A DNA stretch of 64,000 nucleotides from Felis catus (Eukaryota), in assembly GCF_018350175.1 (NCBI RefSeq), contig NC_058368.1:132620001-132684000 (forward strand), in the 5' to 3' direction. The notes under the pieces are model-generated. The model saw nothing but the letters and a program-made list of their open reading frames with translations. It was not told the origin of the DNA and searched no databases. The position numbers and the translations under genes are program-made. Position 1 is the stretch's first letter; the number at the start of each line of letters is the position of its first letter. Below, one piece after another: positions 27,085-41,173 of this stretch.

Positions 27085-30000
27085 AGTTTAAATTCCAGTT
27101 AGTCAACATACAGTCTAGTATTAGTTTCAGGTGTACAATATAGTGATTCAACACTTCCATGCAACACCTGGTGCTCATCACAACAAGAGCTCTCCTTAAT
27201 CCTAGTCACCTATTTTACCCATCTTTCCACCTCCTTTCCCTCTGGTAACCATCAGTTCTCTATAGTTAAGAATCTGTTTCCCCTTTGTTCATTTCTTTTT
27301 CCCCTTTGTTTTTTTTTCCCTTTGTTCATTTGTATTTTTTTTTTCCTTTGTTCGTTTGTATTGTTTCTTAAATTCTACCTATGAATGAAACCCATATGGT
27401 ATTTGTCTTTCTCTGACTTATTTCACTTAGCATAATGCTCTCTGGCTCCATCCATGTCGTTGCAAATGGAAAGATTTTATTCTTTTTTATAGCTGAGTTA
27501 TATTCATTTATATGTATGTATATATATGATGATATATATAATATATACAATGATATAATGCAAAGGAATATTACATATATATATGTGTGTGTGTGTATAT
27601 ATATATATATGACATATACATACATGCACACACACACACACATACCCCATATCTTCTTATTCCATTCATCCCTCATTGGACACTTGAGCTGTTTCCATAA
27701 TTTGGCTATTGTAGATAATGTTGCTATAAACATCAGGGTGCATGTATCAATTTGAATTAGTGTTTTTGTATTCCTTTGATAAATATCCAGTAGTGCAATT
27801 GCTGGATCATAGGGTAGTTCTATTTTTAGCTTTTTGAGGAGCCTACATACTGTTTTCCAGAGTGACTTACCAGCTTGCATTCCCACCACAGTGCAAAAGG
27901 CTTCCCCTTTGGCCACATCCTTGCCAACACCTGTGGTTTCTTTTTTTAAATGTTTTTAATGGTTTTTTTTTCTTTTATTTTTGAGAGAGAGAGAGAGAGC
28001 AGGGGAAGGGCAGAGAGAGAGGGAGACAGAGGATCTGAAGTGGGTTCTTCACTGTCAGTATAGAGCCCCGTGCTGGGCTCAAACTCAAGAACCTTGAGAT
28101 CATGAACTGAGCTGAAGTCAGACACTTAACTGACTGAGCCACCCAGACTTGTGTTGTTAATTTTAGCCATTCTGATAGGTGTGAGATGATATCTCATTGT
28201 AGTTTATATTTTGCACTTCCTTGATGATAAATGATGTTGACCATCATGTGTCTGTTGACCATCTGTATGTCTTCTTTGGAAAATGTCTATTCATGCCATC
28301 TGCCCATTTAAAAAATTTTTTTTCTTTGAATACTTTTCTAAAATTTAAGTTAATTAACATAGTGTAGTATTGGTTTCAGGAGTAGAATTTAGTGATTCAT
28401 CACTTACATATAGCACACAAAGCCTATCACAATGCCCTCCTTAATTACCATCACCCATTTAACCCATCCCCCACACCCAATACCCCTCCAACAACCCTCA
28501 GTTTGTTGTCTATATTTAAGAGACTCTTATGGTTTGCCTCCCTCTCTATCATTATATTTATTATTTTTCCTTCCCTTCCCTTATGTTCATCTATTTTGTT
28601 TCTTAATTTCCACATATGTTTCTTAAATTCCACATATGAGTGACATCATATGGTATTTATCTTTCACTGACTTATTTCACTTAGCATAATGCACTCTAGT
28701 TCCATCCATGTCGTTGCAAATTTCTGCCCATTTTTTAATTGGATTATTTGTTTTTTGGATGTTGAGTTTGATAAGTTATTTATACATTTTGGATACTAAC
28801 CCTTTATCAGATATGTCATTTTCAAATATATTCTTCCATTGTATAGGTTACCTTTTAGTTTTATTGACTGTTTGCTTCACTGTAAAGAAGCTTTTTAGTT
28901 TCCAATATGTTTTTTTGCTTTTGTTTCCCTTGTTTCCAGAGACATATCTAGAAAGAAGTTTGCTACAGCCGATGTCAAAGAAGTTACTGCCTGTGTTCTC
29001 TTCTACAGTTTTTAAGGTTTTAGGTCTCACATTTAGGTCTTTAATCCATTTTTTGTGTGTGGGATTTCAATTTTTTTTTATTTTATTTTTTTTAAATTTA
29101 CATCCAAATTAGTTAGCATATAGTGCAACAATGATTTCAGGAGTAGATTCCTTAGTGCCCCTTACCCATTTAGCCCATCCCCCCTCCCACAACCCCTCCA
29201 GTAACCCTCTGTTTGTTCTCCATATTTAAGAGTCTCTTATGTTTTGTCCCCTCCCTGTTTTTACATTATTTTTGCTTCTCTTCCCTTATGTTCATCTGTT
29301 CTGTGTCTTAAAGTCCTCATATGAGTGAAGTCATATGATACTTGTCTTTCTCTGACTGACTCATTTCACTTAGCATAATACCCTCTAGTTCCATCCTCAT
29401 AGTTGCAAATGGCAAGATTTCATTCTTTTTGATTGACAAGTAATACTCCATTGTATGTATATACCACATCTTCTTTATCCATTCATCCATCAATGAATGG
29501 GCTCTTTCCATGCTTTGGCTGTTGTTGATAGTGCTGCTATAAACATTGGGGTGCCTGTGTCCCTTCGGAACAGCATACCTGTATCCCTTGGATAAATACC
29601 TAGTAGTGCAATTGCTGGATTGTAGGGTAGTTCTATTTTAAATTTTTTGAGCATCCTCCATACTATTTTCCAGAGTGGCTGCACCAGCTTGTATTCCCAT
29701 CTTTAATCCATTTTTAATTTATTTTTGTGTGTGGTGTAAGAAAGTGGCTTGATTTCATTCTTTTGCATGTTGCTGTCCAGTTTTTCCAACACCATTTGTT
29801 GAAGAGACATTCTTTTTCCCATTGGATATTCTTTCCTGCTTTATCGAATATTATTGGCCATATAGTTGTGAATTCATTTCTGTGTTGTTGTTGTTTTTTA
29901 AGATTTTATTTCTAAGTAATCTCCCTATCCAACATGGGGCTCCAGCTTACAATCTGGAGATCAACAGTTGCATGCTCTACTGACTGAGCCAGCCAGGCAT

Positions 30001-30610
30001 CCCAAACTGCTCATTTCTGGGTTTTCTATTCTGTTCTTTTGATCTATGTGTCTATTTTTGTGCCAGTACCATATTGTTTTGATTATTACAGCTTTGTAAT
30101 ATAACTTGAAGTCCAGAATTGTGATTCCTCCAGCTTCACTTCTCTTTTTTAAGGTTGCTTTAGCTATTCAGGGTCTTTTGTGGTTCCATAAAATGTTAGA
30201 ATTATTTATCCTAGTTCTGTGAAAAATACTGTCGGTATTTTGATAGATATTGCATTAAATGTGCGGTTGGCTCTGGGTGGTATACACATTTGAACAATAC
30301 TTGTTCTTTCAATCCATAAGCATGGAATGCCTTTGCATTTCTTGGTGTCATTTTCAGTTTCTTTCATCAGTTTTTTATAGTTTTCAGAGTACAGGTCTTT
30401 CACTTCTTTGATTAGGTTTATTCCTACATATCTTACTGGTTTGGGTACAATTTTAAATGGAACTGTTTTCTTAATTTCTCTTTCTGCTCTTTCATCACTA
30501 GTGTAAGAAGTACAACAGATTGCTGTATGTTGATTTTGTATTCTTCAGCTTTACTAAATTCGTTTATCAGTTCTAGCAACTTTTTGGTGGGTTCTTCTGG
30601 GTTTTCCTGC
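27085..30610 (-). mobile_element. Carnivore L1 3' portion with two nested younger L1 3' ends and SINEs
   Basis: ORF2 C-terminal peptides in minus frames; nested inserts 28310-28722 and 29054-29699 with TSDs. Confidence 0.88.
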
Positions 30611-32397
30611 CCCACATCTTAAGTATGGTTGTAGTGACTGAAATAATCACAACTTTTAGTTATAGTCTGATTGCTATACTGCATAACATTCATACAGTAA
30701 GGGCTACATTATTAGACCTTCTCATTGTAACACTGCAATTTATACATATATATGACTTTCAGATTTCATTTTTCTTAGGAATTCTTTTATACCATGGTAC
30801 AACATAGAGAAGCACAAATTATTTATGTGAAAGAGAAATCAATGAATATTAGATTCCAACTACCAATTGTGTAATTCCTTTTAGAAGTCTTACATTCAGT
30901 CATTTTCATTTTATAAATATTTATTGAGCACTTGTTATGTTATTGTTTAATTTCAGTATCTCTTTATCCTAAACCAGATTTACAAATCTTATAAATCTGT
31001 TTTTGCCATTGTTCTCTGTCTCAACAAATGTTAACATTTACTGAAGTCAAAAGTCTGGGAGCTGTCCCTGGCCTTTTTCTGTCTCTACCTTTTTCATCAA
31101 TTACCAGGTTTAAAGTCTTTCTCTGTTCTCTATTTGCATTACCACCCCTATGACCCAAATCCTCATCATGAGTCACAGCCTCAGTTTTTGCTTCCTATTA
31201 ATATACTTTCCTTATGAAAACAGAGATCTTTATGCAATCCAAATGTGACATTCATACTCCAGTTTAAAATTCTTTAGTTTGCCCTTAACCCTAGGATAAA
31301 ATCAAAACTCTTTGATTGCTTTATAAATCCCTGTACAGTCTGACCACTAAGCTGTTCCAGCTTTTCCTCTCACTCAGGGAACTCATTGTTTTCGGCAGAT
31401 AGTTCATGTCTTTACCTCCTCTTCTTAAATTAACACAGCAGATCCCTTATTTGAAACATTCTTCTCTTTCCCTACCTTTCCACAGCCTGGCTAATACTTG
31501 TCATTCATCTTAAAAGTTATTACGAAGTATTATACACAAAATATGTATATATCTACAGTTAAAAGAATGAAAAAAGAGTATCTGTATATCTAAAATGATA
31601 CGTCTAGTACCTTTTAAGTCTTTTATGTGCCCCTTTCTGACCATATCTCTTCTCCTTATTCCAAAGATAACCACTGTCCTGAATTTACATTTATAGTCCT
31701 GTTCCTTTTCTTTATAATGTCATAACACAAATCTATGTTTCCCTTAGCAATATATGGTTTAGTTTCACTTGATGAAACTAGTTTTACATAGCTGTGGTTC
31801 ATTTTTACTGCTGTTAAGATCTTTACCTGGGTGACCATTCCAAAATTTGTTATCTATTGTCTTGTTGGTGAGTATTTAGGTTATTCCCAGTTATTTGCTA
31901 TTATAAACAATATTGCTATGAGTATTCTTGTAATTCTCCTGATACATATGTGCAAGAATATAGGCCTAAGAGAAAAATCGCTCTCTTGTAGGATCTGTGC
32001 ATTCTCTACTTTACCAAATGATGTCCAATTTTTTCCCAAAGTGGTAATACTAATTTACTCCCTCTTCCTGTATAGTATTCATGTATAGCCATTGATACTC
32101 CATCCTTAGCAGCTCTTGGTGTAAAATGGTATCTCTTGGGTTTTGTATGTATTGCCATGTTTACTAATGAGTTAGAGTGTATTTTCATGTTTATTTGCCA
32201 TTTGTATTTTATGCCTGTGGTATCTTTTGTCTATTTTCCTATTAGGTTGTTTATTTTTTCATATTGGATTTGAGCAGTATTTATACATTCTAGATACATT
32301 CCATTTGATTTCCACTCAGAACACATAGTGTATTTTATCCATGGTAGGTGCTGTGCTAAACTGAGAAGACAGCTGTGGACAAGAAAGAAACTATCCC

Positions 32398-32996
32398 TTG
32401 GAGCTAGAGAGTATAATGCAAAGTGAAATAAGTCAGTCAGAGAAAGACAAATACCATATGATTATACTCATATGTGGAATTTAAGAAACAAATGAACAAT
32501 AGGAAAAAAAGAGCCAAACCAAAAAAATAGATTCTTAACTTGAAAGAATGAACTCATGGTCACCAGAGGGGAAGTGGATGGGGGGATGACTTAAATGGGT
32601 GAAGGGGATCAAGTATATACTTATCCTGATGAGCAGTGAGTAATGTATAGAATTGCTGAATCACTATATTGTACACTTGAAACTAGTATAACACTGTATG
32701 TTAACTATACTGGAATTTAAAATTTTAAGCTTAGGGGCACCTGGGTGGCGCAGTCGGTTAAGCGTCCGACTTCAGCCAGGTCATGATCTCGCGGTCCGTG
32801 AGTTCGAGCCCCACGTCAGGCTCTGGGCTGATGGCTCAGAGCCTGGAGCCTGTTTCAGATTCTGTGTTTCCCTCTCTCTCTGCCCCTCCCCCGTTCATGC
32901 TCTGTCTCTCTCTGTCCCAAAAATAAATAAACGTTGAAAAAAAAAATTTTTTTTAAAAAATAAAAAAAAAAATTTTTAAGCTTAATCAAGAAGAAA
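32398..32996 (+). mobile_element. Short L1 3' end with a feline CAN-SINE (32734-32973) inserted in its tail
   Basis: Outer TSD aaagaaactatccc 32384-32397 / 32997-33010; inner TSD ttttaagctta. Confidence 0.88.
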
Positions 32997-34622
32997 AAAG
33001 AAACTATCCCGGCTCACATGGGTTCCTGCCCTCACTCTGCTCAAGGAGTCAGATAGTAATCAAATCTCTAAAGTAGTTAGATTGTAATAGGTGCTGTTAA
33101 TATCAGCTCACTTTGTACTTCCTCGGAACGAACTTACCTGACTCCTACTAAATTTGGTCCCTTTGAATACTGTATTTCCAGAGCACACATATTAGTAGTA
33201 TTGTTTGCCTTCCTCTCTAGTTGACAAGTTTTCTGAGATCAGGAACCTTTTTTGTTGTTGTTTGTTACTGTATCTCCAACACTTAACCTGGTGTTGTTTA
33301 CATGATAGATGCTTACTAAATACATTTTTTTTGAATGAATGAATGGAAAGTTGTCATCAGTGGTAATAACTGAAAATTCAGCATTCGTTGCTGATATATA
33401 AGGAGTATAGGCCTGGATTTGGCAATTTGATATGACAAGGACAGGTAAAAGTAGAAAGTAAATATTTAAACCTTGCAAATTTCTTTACCCAAAACACAGT
33501 TGCCAGGGGAAAGTACTATGTCTAAGTTTTAATTTAGACCTAGTTTTGTGATAAGAAATTACAGAGTAGAGTAATATGCAATAGGAAGCAAACTTAACCA
33601 ACAAATATATACATGCTGGGTATATATTTTTAGTACATGGATATATTTTTAGTACATGCTGGGTGGGTATGAGAGAAGAGAAGCCATATATTAAAAGCCA
33701 TATTAAAAGAATATTGGTCATATTCTCTTATCATCACTAGGATATTCACACAGTGACTTGGTACCCTATAGACTTAGTTAATGGGTCTGAAGAGTAATAG
33801 TCTAATGTAATAAATACTCTGGGAGCAAGGCTCATTCTAAATATGTCAACTTGGATACTGAAGAGATCAGGGGAGGTGCCAGCCTCTGAAGTACTGGGTC
33901 AGAAGCAACCAAGCTGAGAAAGAACAGAAGGCAAACTTCTCATGTGTGAGCCTGAGGTCAGCTGAGGACACGGAAGCCAGAGTCTCTGGACTTGTGTGAT
34001 TTGGAAGTTGGTTGGGGCTGGTGAAACGTGGCACTGAACAGAACATAATCCTGTTTTGGACGTATGCAGCGAAAGTACTTATCGGTCAGACCAAGAAGGT
34101 AATGACATGCAGTTTGCCCCATCTGGTGGAAAAAGTACCCCGGAGAACCCAAAGAAGCCATGATGATGGGTTCCCATTCTGGAACACATCTCATGCCTGC
34201 TCTGCTAGATCTAGACCCTGTGCTGCAGGTACTATACTTCCACGCACAGAGGTAGCTGAGAAGAAGTAAAAACACGAAAAACTTGCTTAGCATGACAAAA
34301 AGGACACAAGGCTACTCACTAAAGTGTATAACAGCTCATCAAAAATCTTCTTAATGACACTGAAAAATTGTAAAATGACAGGAATGGTGGGTAGTAGAAT
34401 GTGGCTAATTGAAACCTGTATATAACTTCAAAATCTTTATTCACTCGTGCCACAAATATCAACTGAGTACAGTTACTATATGCCATGAACTGCTAAATCC
34501 CACAAGAATAGATGTGTAAAGCAAAGCACCTAGGTTGGCGTTATTTGCTTGTTGAAATCTTTTCGTGGTCGTCTCTTTACCAGAATTACTTTGTGATTGG
34601 TCACCTTAAAAATACACATTAA

Positions 34623-34841
34623 GGGGCGCCTGGGTGGTGCAGTCGGTTAAGCGTCCGACTTCAGCCAGGTCACGATCTCGCGGTCTGTGAGTTCGAGCCC
34701 CGCGTCGGGCTCTGGGCTGATGGCTCAGAGCCTGGAGCCTGTTTCCGATTCTGTGTCTCCCTCTCTCTCTGCCCCTCCCCCGTTCATGTTCTGTCTCTCT
34801 CTGTCCCAAAAATAAATAAACATTGAAAAAAAAATTTTTTT
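34623..34841 (+). mobile_element. Young feline CAN-SINE
   Basis: Near-consensus, CpG-rich; TSD aaatacacattaa on both sides. Confidence 0.93.
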
Positions 34842-35154
34842 AAATACACATTAATAGAATAAAAGGAAAAGAATATTAGACAAAAAATCAAAAAGAACAT
34901 TAGGATTTCAGCCTTGTTGATTTATTTGGGTCCAGAGTTTTACTGAAAGCTTTCTGGCAGTAAGAGCAAAGGGAATATATCTAGTTAAGAAATATCAAGA
35001 ACACAGTTTTTCCTGGTACTGTTCGGGTGATAAATTTATCATGTAGATTTATTGTATAAGAGAAATTGAGTAAGTCCAATGAATGCTAGCCTCAAGAATA
35101 CTTATACAGTAAGTGCAGAAGTAGATTTTATAAAGGCTATGTCCTATTTTGACC

Positions 35155-35346
35155 TTTCTTAAGTTTATTTATTTTTAGAAAGAGAGCATGAGCGGGAGAA
35201 GGGCAGAGAGGGAGAGAGAGAATCCCTAGCAGGCTCCACATTTAGTACACAGCCTGACTCAGGGCTTGATCCCATGACAGTGAGATCATGACCTGAGCCA
35301 AAATCCAGAGTTGGCCATTTAACCACCTGAGCCACCCAAGTGCCCC
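35155..35346 (-). mobile_element. CAN-SINE
   Basis: Diverged body ending gagccacccaagtgcccc. Confidence 0.82.
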
Positions 35347-36039
35347 TTGAGTTTTCTTAAAAGGCCAAGGCAACACAGCCTGCTAAGGGTCATAAAACAC
35401 ATACATAAATGTGATACTATGTATGGGATAAGGCACATACATAAATAATTAGAATACAAGGGTCAGAGTAATAGAGAAATTGATATGGGAGTTCAGGGGA
35501 GTGAGAGATTAGTTCCAAGATAAAAGGGAAGGACAAGGTCATAACTGATCCTTGAAGGGTGGTAGGATTTGGACATATGAAGTTTAAAAGAGGGTGTTCT
35601 CTTATCTCTAGACTATCAGAATCTAGAAATAGCCATATTGAGTAAGCTGAATGTCCAAGGCAAACATGCTAAAGACTAATGAAATGACTCCAAGAAAGAA
35701 AATGTGCTATAACTTAAACTTATATAATGTTATATATAAATTATGTCTCAACAAAACTGGAAAAAACAAATCTCAGTATATGTAGATGATACCAGGAAGA
35801 AAGGAATGAAGGAAGGAAGGAAAAGAGAAAAAAAAGAGAATGTGCAATCTATAGGGCAGACCTGGTTTCATATGCTTGCCTAATCTCACAGAACCTGTTT
35901 CTTCAACCCTAAATTAGAGATAATATTAGCTACCTGCCATAATTTTTGTAAAGATTTCAGGAATTAATGTACATGAACACATGTAGCACAATGCTTGATA
36001 CCACCTGAGTACATAGTGACTTATAATTTCCTCCCTTCC

Positions 36040-36640
36040 ATTTAAGGTAGAAAAAAGTAGTCCTAAGGATTTGGATAATAAGACTGACTGTATGTGGTTA
36101 TTGAAAGTCACAAAGGCTTTATTAGTGACTGGGAGAGGATACCGATGACCTATTGATAAAGTTTTCAGATGACTCTAAGTAAAGGTGAAAACTTCAAGTT
36201 CCAGGGGATCTCAGCTCACTAGAACACCATTATTTTTTTTTATTTGTTTAATGTTTTTATTTATTTTTGAGAGAGAGAGAGAGACAAACAGAGCATGAGT
36301 GGGGAGGGGCAGGGAGAGGAGAGAGAATCCGAAGAAGGCTTCAGGCTGTGAGCTGTCAGCACAGAGCCCGACACGGGGCTGGAACTCATGAACGGTGAGA
36401 TCATGACCTGAGCCGAAGTCAGATGCTTGACCTCCTGAGCCAGCCCGATACCTCTAGAACACCATTCTAATAAGGAGATTCTTAATGATACTAAATATGA
36501 ACTCTCTTTTTAAACAAATCACACCTAGATGAGAGCACAATCACATAAGAGCAGCACATAGGAAAAAACTCAGAACCTTTAGTTGTTACCAGATTCAGTA
36601 TGAAGCCGGTTCATGTGGCTGCTAAAGAGTAAGAGAGGAA
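36040..36640 (+). mobile_element. CR1/L3 LINE remnant interrupted by a CAN-SINE (36232-36452, minus)
   Basis: ATA AAG TTT TCA GAT GAC TCT AAG (IKFSDDSK, 36156-36179) resembles CR1 RT KFADDTK; atgtggctgctaaa motif at ~36613. Confidence 0.55.
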
Positions 36641-39600
36641 AGAGTCACTTATCAGATGACACGATAAGTCTTTGGTGTTAGTTGCCATCAGGTATATACT
36701 TTACAGTCCTGCCTGCCTTGCCTTACTTAGTCTTTATGTAACATTTACACTATTGGCCACACAGTCTTGACTTCCAGAGAAACAAATTCCTAATTTTCTC
36801 TACTATGAGCATTCCTGAAGTTTTTTTCAAGCTTCTTTTTACTGATACCGGCCCCTCTAGTGATAGTTTTTCTCAAGTTTCTCTTCTCAATGTCTGCTGT
36901 AAAGCTCTTTTTAAAATCTCCTTTCTTTGAGCCTACATGTATGAAGTCTTTTCCACACGTACTGTCCTGTCTGAAACTTTCCCCCATCCAGCTAGTTTGC
37001 AGTCTTTTCCTCTCCCTACTTTTCCACACTAATCCCACTGTTCTTAATCTGCATGCTTTCCGAGATGTCCCAGTCCATTCTAGGAATAGGACATCTGAAG
37101 ACATCTCTATCTTTGTCTCCTGCCCCAGGGTCTTGTCCTAGTCATCAGGTTTATGTCTAGTTGCCAAAATCACCATGCTTCCACACCCTGGCATATCTTA
37201 TAGGCACTCAAAAAGCAACGTGTCTAAAACTTACCTAGTATATTTCTCCCAGCCTTGTCTTGCTGTTGCAGTTTCCATTTGCAGTGGTAAATGCTCTGTG
37301 TGTCATCACTAATGCTACCATCCACACTCTCAACCAAACTACAAACTATGACATCCTGTCTTTCACAAAGTCCTGCCAGTTTTACTACTTGAATATTCCT
37401 TGAATTTGTCGTTTTAGCTCCCACTCCTACTCTCCCACTTTTAATTCTCATTGTCCATCTGGATTCATGAAGCCTCCTAACTGGTCTCCTTTACCTCCTA
37501 AAATTGACTTCCACAACTCCCACAGCTACCAGAGTGCTTGGCTAAACTACAGATCTTACCCTCTTGCTCAGGAGGTCCCATTGCCTACAGTGCAAAGATC
37601 AGGCTCTTTAGCAGGACATAAAAAAACTCCACAGTCTTGCCTATCAACCTCTCCAGCCTTACTTCTCTCTAATTCCCATTTCTAACCTCCAAATTGGCTG
37701 TAATTCCTAGAATATCACCTATCCGGTGATTGAAAGTGGGCCTCTGTTAGTCTTTCCACTATGCTTGTCTTGCTTTTAGGCTTCTCCACACATCCTATTC
37801 CATCCTTGCCTAGGTAATTCCTATTCATATCCCCTCTCCAGGAAGCTTTCTCTGACTCCTCAGTCTGAGTTGAGTATTGTTCCTCTATCCGACTGTAACA
37901 TCTTGGTGTAACACTCTAATTACGTTTACAATACTATATTGACTGGTGCACCTAAGTGATCAATAAGTATTCGCTAAATTCTTTTTTTCCTAAGTTTTGT
38001 TTTTAAGTAATCTCTGCACCAAAGGTGGAGCTTGAACTCATGATCCCGAGATCAAGAGTAACACGCTTCACTGACCAAGCCAGCAAGGCGCCCCAGTATT
38101 TGCTAAATCCTTACATGTTTCTCTGTCATACTAGCCATTAAATTCCTTGGAGACATATCCATCTTTTATCTTTATCAGCTAGCTCTGTACTCACTTTCTT
38201 CTGAGCTCCAAATGCCTACTGCATATCTATCCTCGGATAGCTTACTGGTGTTAAAATCATACTTCTAAAATCGAATGCCTGTAAAGCTTGTATTTTCTCA
38301 GCCTTCCCACCCTTCCGCGATAAAAGAAAAAAAAAGAAACGTTCTAATCTGCTTCTCCTCCGAGCCCTCTAGCTCTCACTCATGCCTGTGCAAAACAGAA
38401 ATATGGTCATCATCTTGGATGCCCCTCCTCCTTCCATTCTCCCTTTACCAGATCTCATTGGGGCTCCACTAGAAAGCAGAATCATTCTGGATGACCTCCT
38501 GTTCTGAAATTTTGTTATTCTGGTAATCAGCAGCTTGACTTAGCCACAATTATATAGCATTTTCAGGTTGGAAGAGGCAGCTTACTAAATAGTTAAGTTT
38601 CAAACTCTGGAATAAGATTGCCTGATTCACATAACACATGTGCCACTTACATAGCTGTGTGACTCTGAACTTAATAATTGAATATTTCTCTGCCTTCGCT
38701 TCATCTTTAGAGTGAGGATTAAATAAGGTAATGCATAGAAAACACTTAGCATAGTACACAGACATAACGAGACTTCACAAGTAAGTAAAATGACCTTGTA
38801 TTGTATTCAAGTAGGTGCTTTCCTTTGCTTTCAATGTGATTTCCAAATCTAAAGGAGCTGAGGTTGGTAATTACTCATCTTTCATGTTTGTTAGGAAATT
38901 TTTTAAAAACCTGCCTTTTATCTTTTATTGGTGAGAAAACTCTTTGCTGCTTTAAAGAGTACCCTTTTGTTGTAGGCAGAGAACTTGAAGTCATTTTTAT
39001 TCTCTTGGTAAAATTTGCTAAGAATGTACGTGTATCATAGAAATACAAGGTGTCATCATTATTTTTTCTTTCTCACATAGTCTGTTGATTTTCTTATTTC
39101 TCACATAAGTACAAACAGTTGACTTCTAGGGGTTGCTAAGCCACACCACCAGGAGAATTGGAATATGGCTTCTGTCAACACAAAGCCACACAGGCCATGC
39201 TTTCTGATGATCTCTGTGCCTGTCTCCCAACAAGGACAGGAGAGAATAAAGAACAGTTGCACTGAGGAGCTGTGGGTAACTTCAAGAGAATGGCAGAATT
39301 GACCTAGTGACTGGTGATAGACTATTGTACTGAACAGCACTGACTGTGGGGGAAGACTGCCTGGGTGACTGGCCGTTTCTAATAGTGTGACCTTGAGTAA
39401 GTCATTTAATCTGTCTGTGCCTTCGTTTCATCATCTCTCAAAATGTCAGTAATCTCTGTCGCAGTGTTGGGGGGGGTGTTAAATGAATTAATATTTGTAA
39501 ACCACTTAAAACAGTGTCTGTTATATAAATATTTTCATTATTATTATCGATGGTGCTGGTAGTAGTGGTTGGCAGTGGCCAAGTGGCAACTAGAGGCTTA

Positions 39601-39959
39601 ATTGTAACTGGATGAAGCAGCATGCCAGCCATCTCATAGCTGTTCTCAGAATTGTTGACCACACGTTTTTAGGTACACTGAAAGCCACATCCCTTGAATC
39701 TTCTCTAACAATGCATTTATAATGTAACATTCATTATATCTGCAAGAAAGTAAAATGCTGACACATAGACCCATAGTTGATTACCCGTGATTTAACTTCA
39801 CTGGCCTGCATCCTAAATTAAAGGATTTAGACTAGCTGGTTTCTAAGTCCCCTTCCCACTGTGAATTTGTGAGTCTTTATTTACTCATCAAATATATTTA
39901 TTCCTGTGCTCTTGTTTTCCTTTGAGGTTTGCTCCATTTAGTATCCCTTTTATTTTTTA

Positions 39960-40361
39960 ATTTTTTTAAGATTTTATTTTTAAGCAATCTCTGTACCCAG
40001 CATGGCGCTTGAACTTACAACCCTGAGATCTAGAGTTGTATTCTGTACCAGCTCAGCCAGCCGGGTGTCCCTAGTTTCCCTTTTAATATGCTTGCCAGCA
40101 TGAGTTCATATACTGAATTCATGTTAATGTTGCATTCATCTTTTTTTTTTTTAATGGCTTTATTCATTTTTGAAAGACAGAGAGATACAGAGCGCTAATG
40201 GCAGAGGGGCAGAGAGAAAGAGGGAGACACAGAATCGGAAGCAGGCTCCAGGCTCCGAGCTGTCAGCACAGAGCCCAATGCGGGGCTTGAACTCACGAGC
40301 TGTGAGATCATGACCTGAGCCGAAGTTGGATGCTTAGCCAACTGAGCCACCCAGTCACCCC
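39960..40361 (-). mobile_element. Two CAN-SINEs (short 39960-40071; long 40141-40361)
   Basis: T tails and SINE heads. Confidence 0.85.
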
Positions 40362-41173
40362 CATTCATCTGGTTTTAAGAACATGTCTGAATTTAGAATA
40401 ACTAGAGCTTGGGACATGAAAAGTTACTAATTTTTTTATTATGTAAATTTTCAATCATAAACCAAAGTCAGAAAATGGTAAATGAACCTCCTTCACCATG
40501 CTTCGAAATTGTCAGCTCATGGTCAATCACTTTTCATATACTTCTTCCTCCAATTATTTTAAAATATTTTCCAGCATTATATTACTTTAGTCATAAGTAT
40601 TCCTATATATAACTCTAAAAGATAAATTCTTTTTCTAAGATACATAATCACAATACCATTGTCACATGTAAAAAAAAAAAAAATGAATACCGCTTTGTGG
40701 CTGAACCATTGTTTACAAAGAAGAGCAAACTAGTTGTTAGCTAGGCCTAGCATAAATATTTAGCCATCCTCATTCATTCAACAAAATATCCATCTGTAGA
40801 TCATTACCACCCTCCAAAAAAAAGCCTAAGTATTAAGTAATGTACTGTGGAGAAAAGTCTCTCTCCTGAGTAATTTAGTAGGGTTTCCAATTCTGAAAAG
40901 TATACCCCAAACACCAATTAAATGTGCCAGAAGCAATTTATTCATCCTCCTAGAGAAAAATAAAAGTAGAATGTCTTTTTTGAATTGCGGTTTTCCATGA
41001 GGGTGGGTAGGCCATTTACTAATGAATTATTATGGAAGTCTTCATTTCATTTGTGACACAGCATTTGATTTCAGATGCTTTAATTTGCAGGTGGCTTTAC
41101 TTAAGTTAGTTCAAGGATTTAAGAAGAGAAATCTTTTCATGTTCATTTATAGCACATTTAAAACCTGTAAATA

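Noticed and set aside
33958..34293. Minus-strand 111-aa ORF containing IRPKQDYVLFSATF, reminiscent of DEAD-box motif III
   Set aside because: No other helicase motifs nearby in any frame I could read; likely chance
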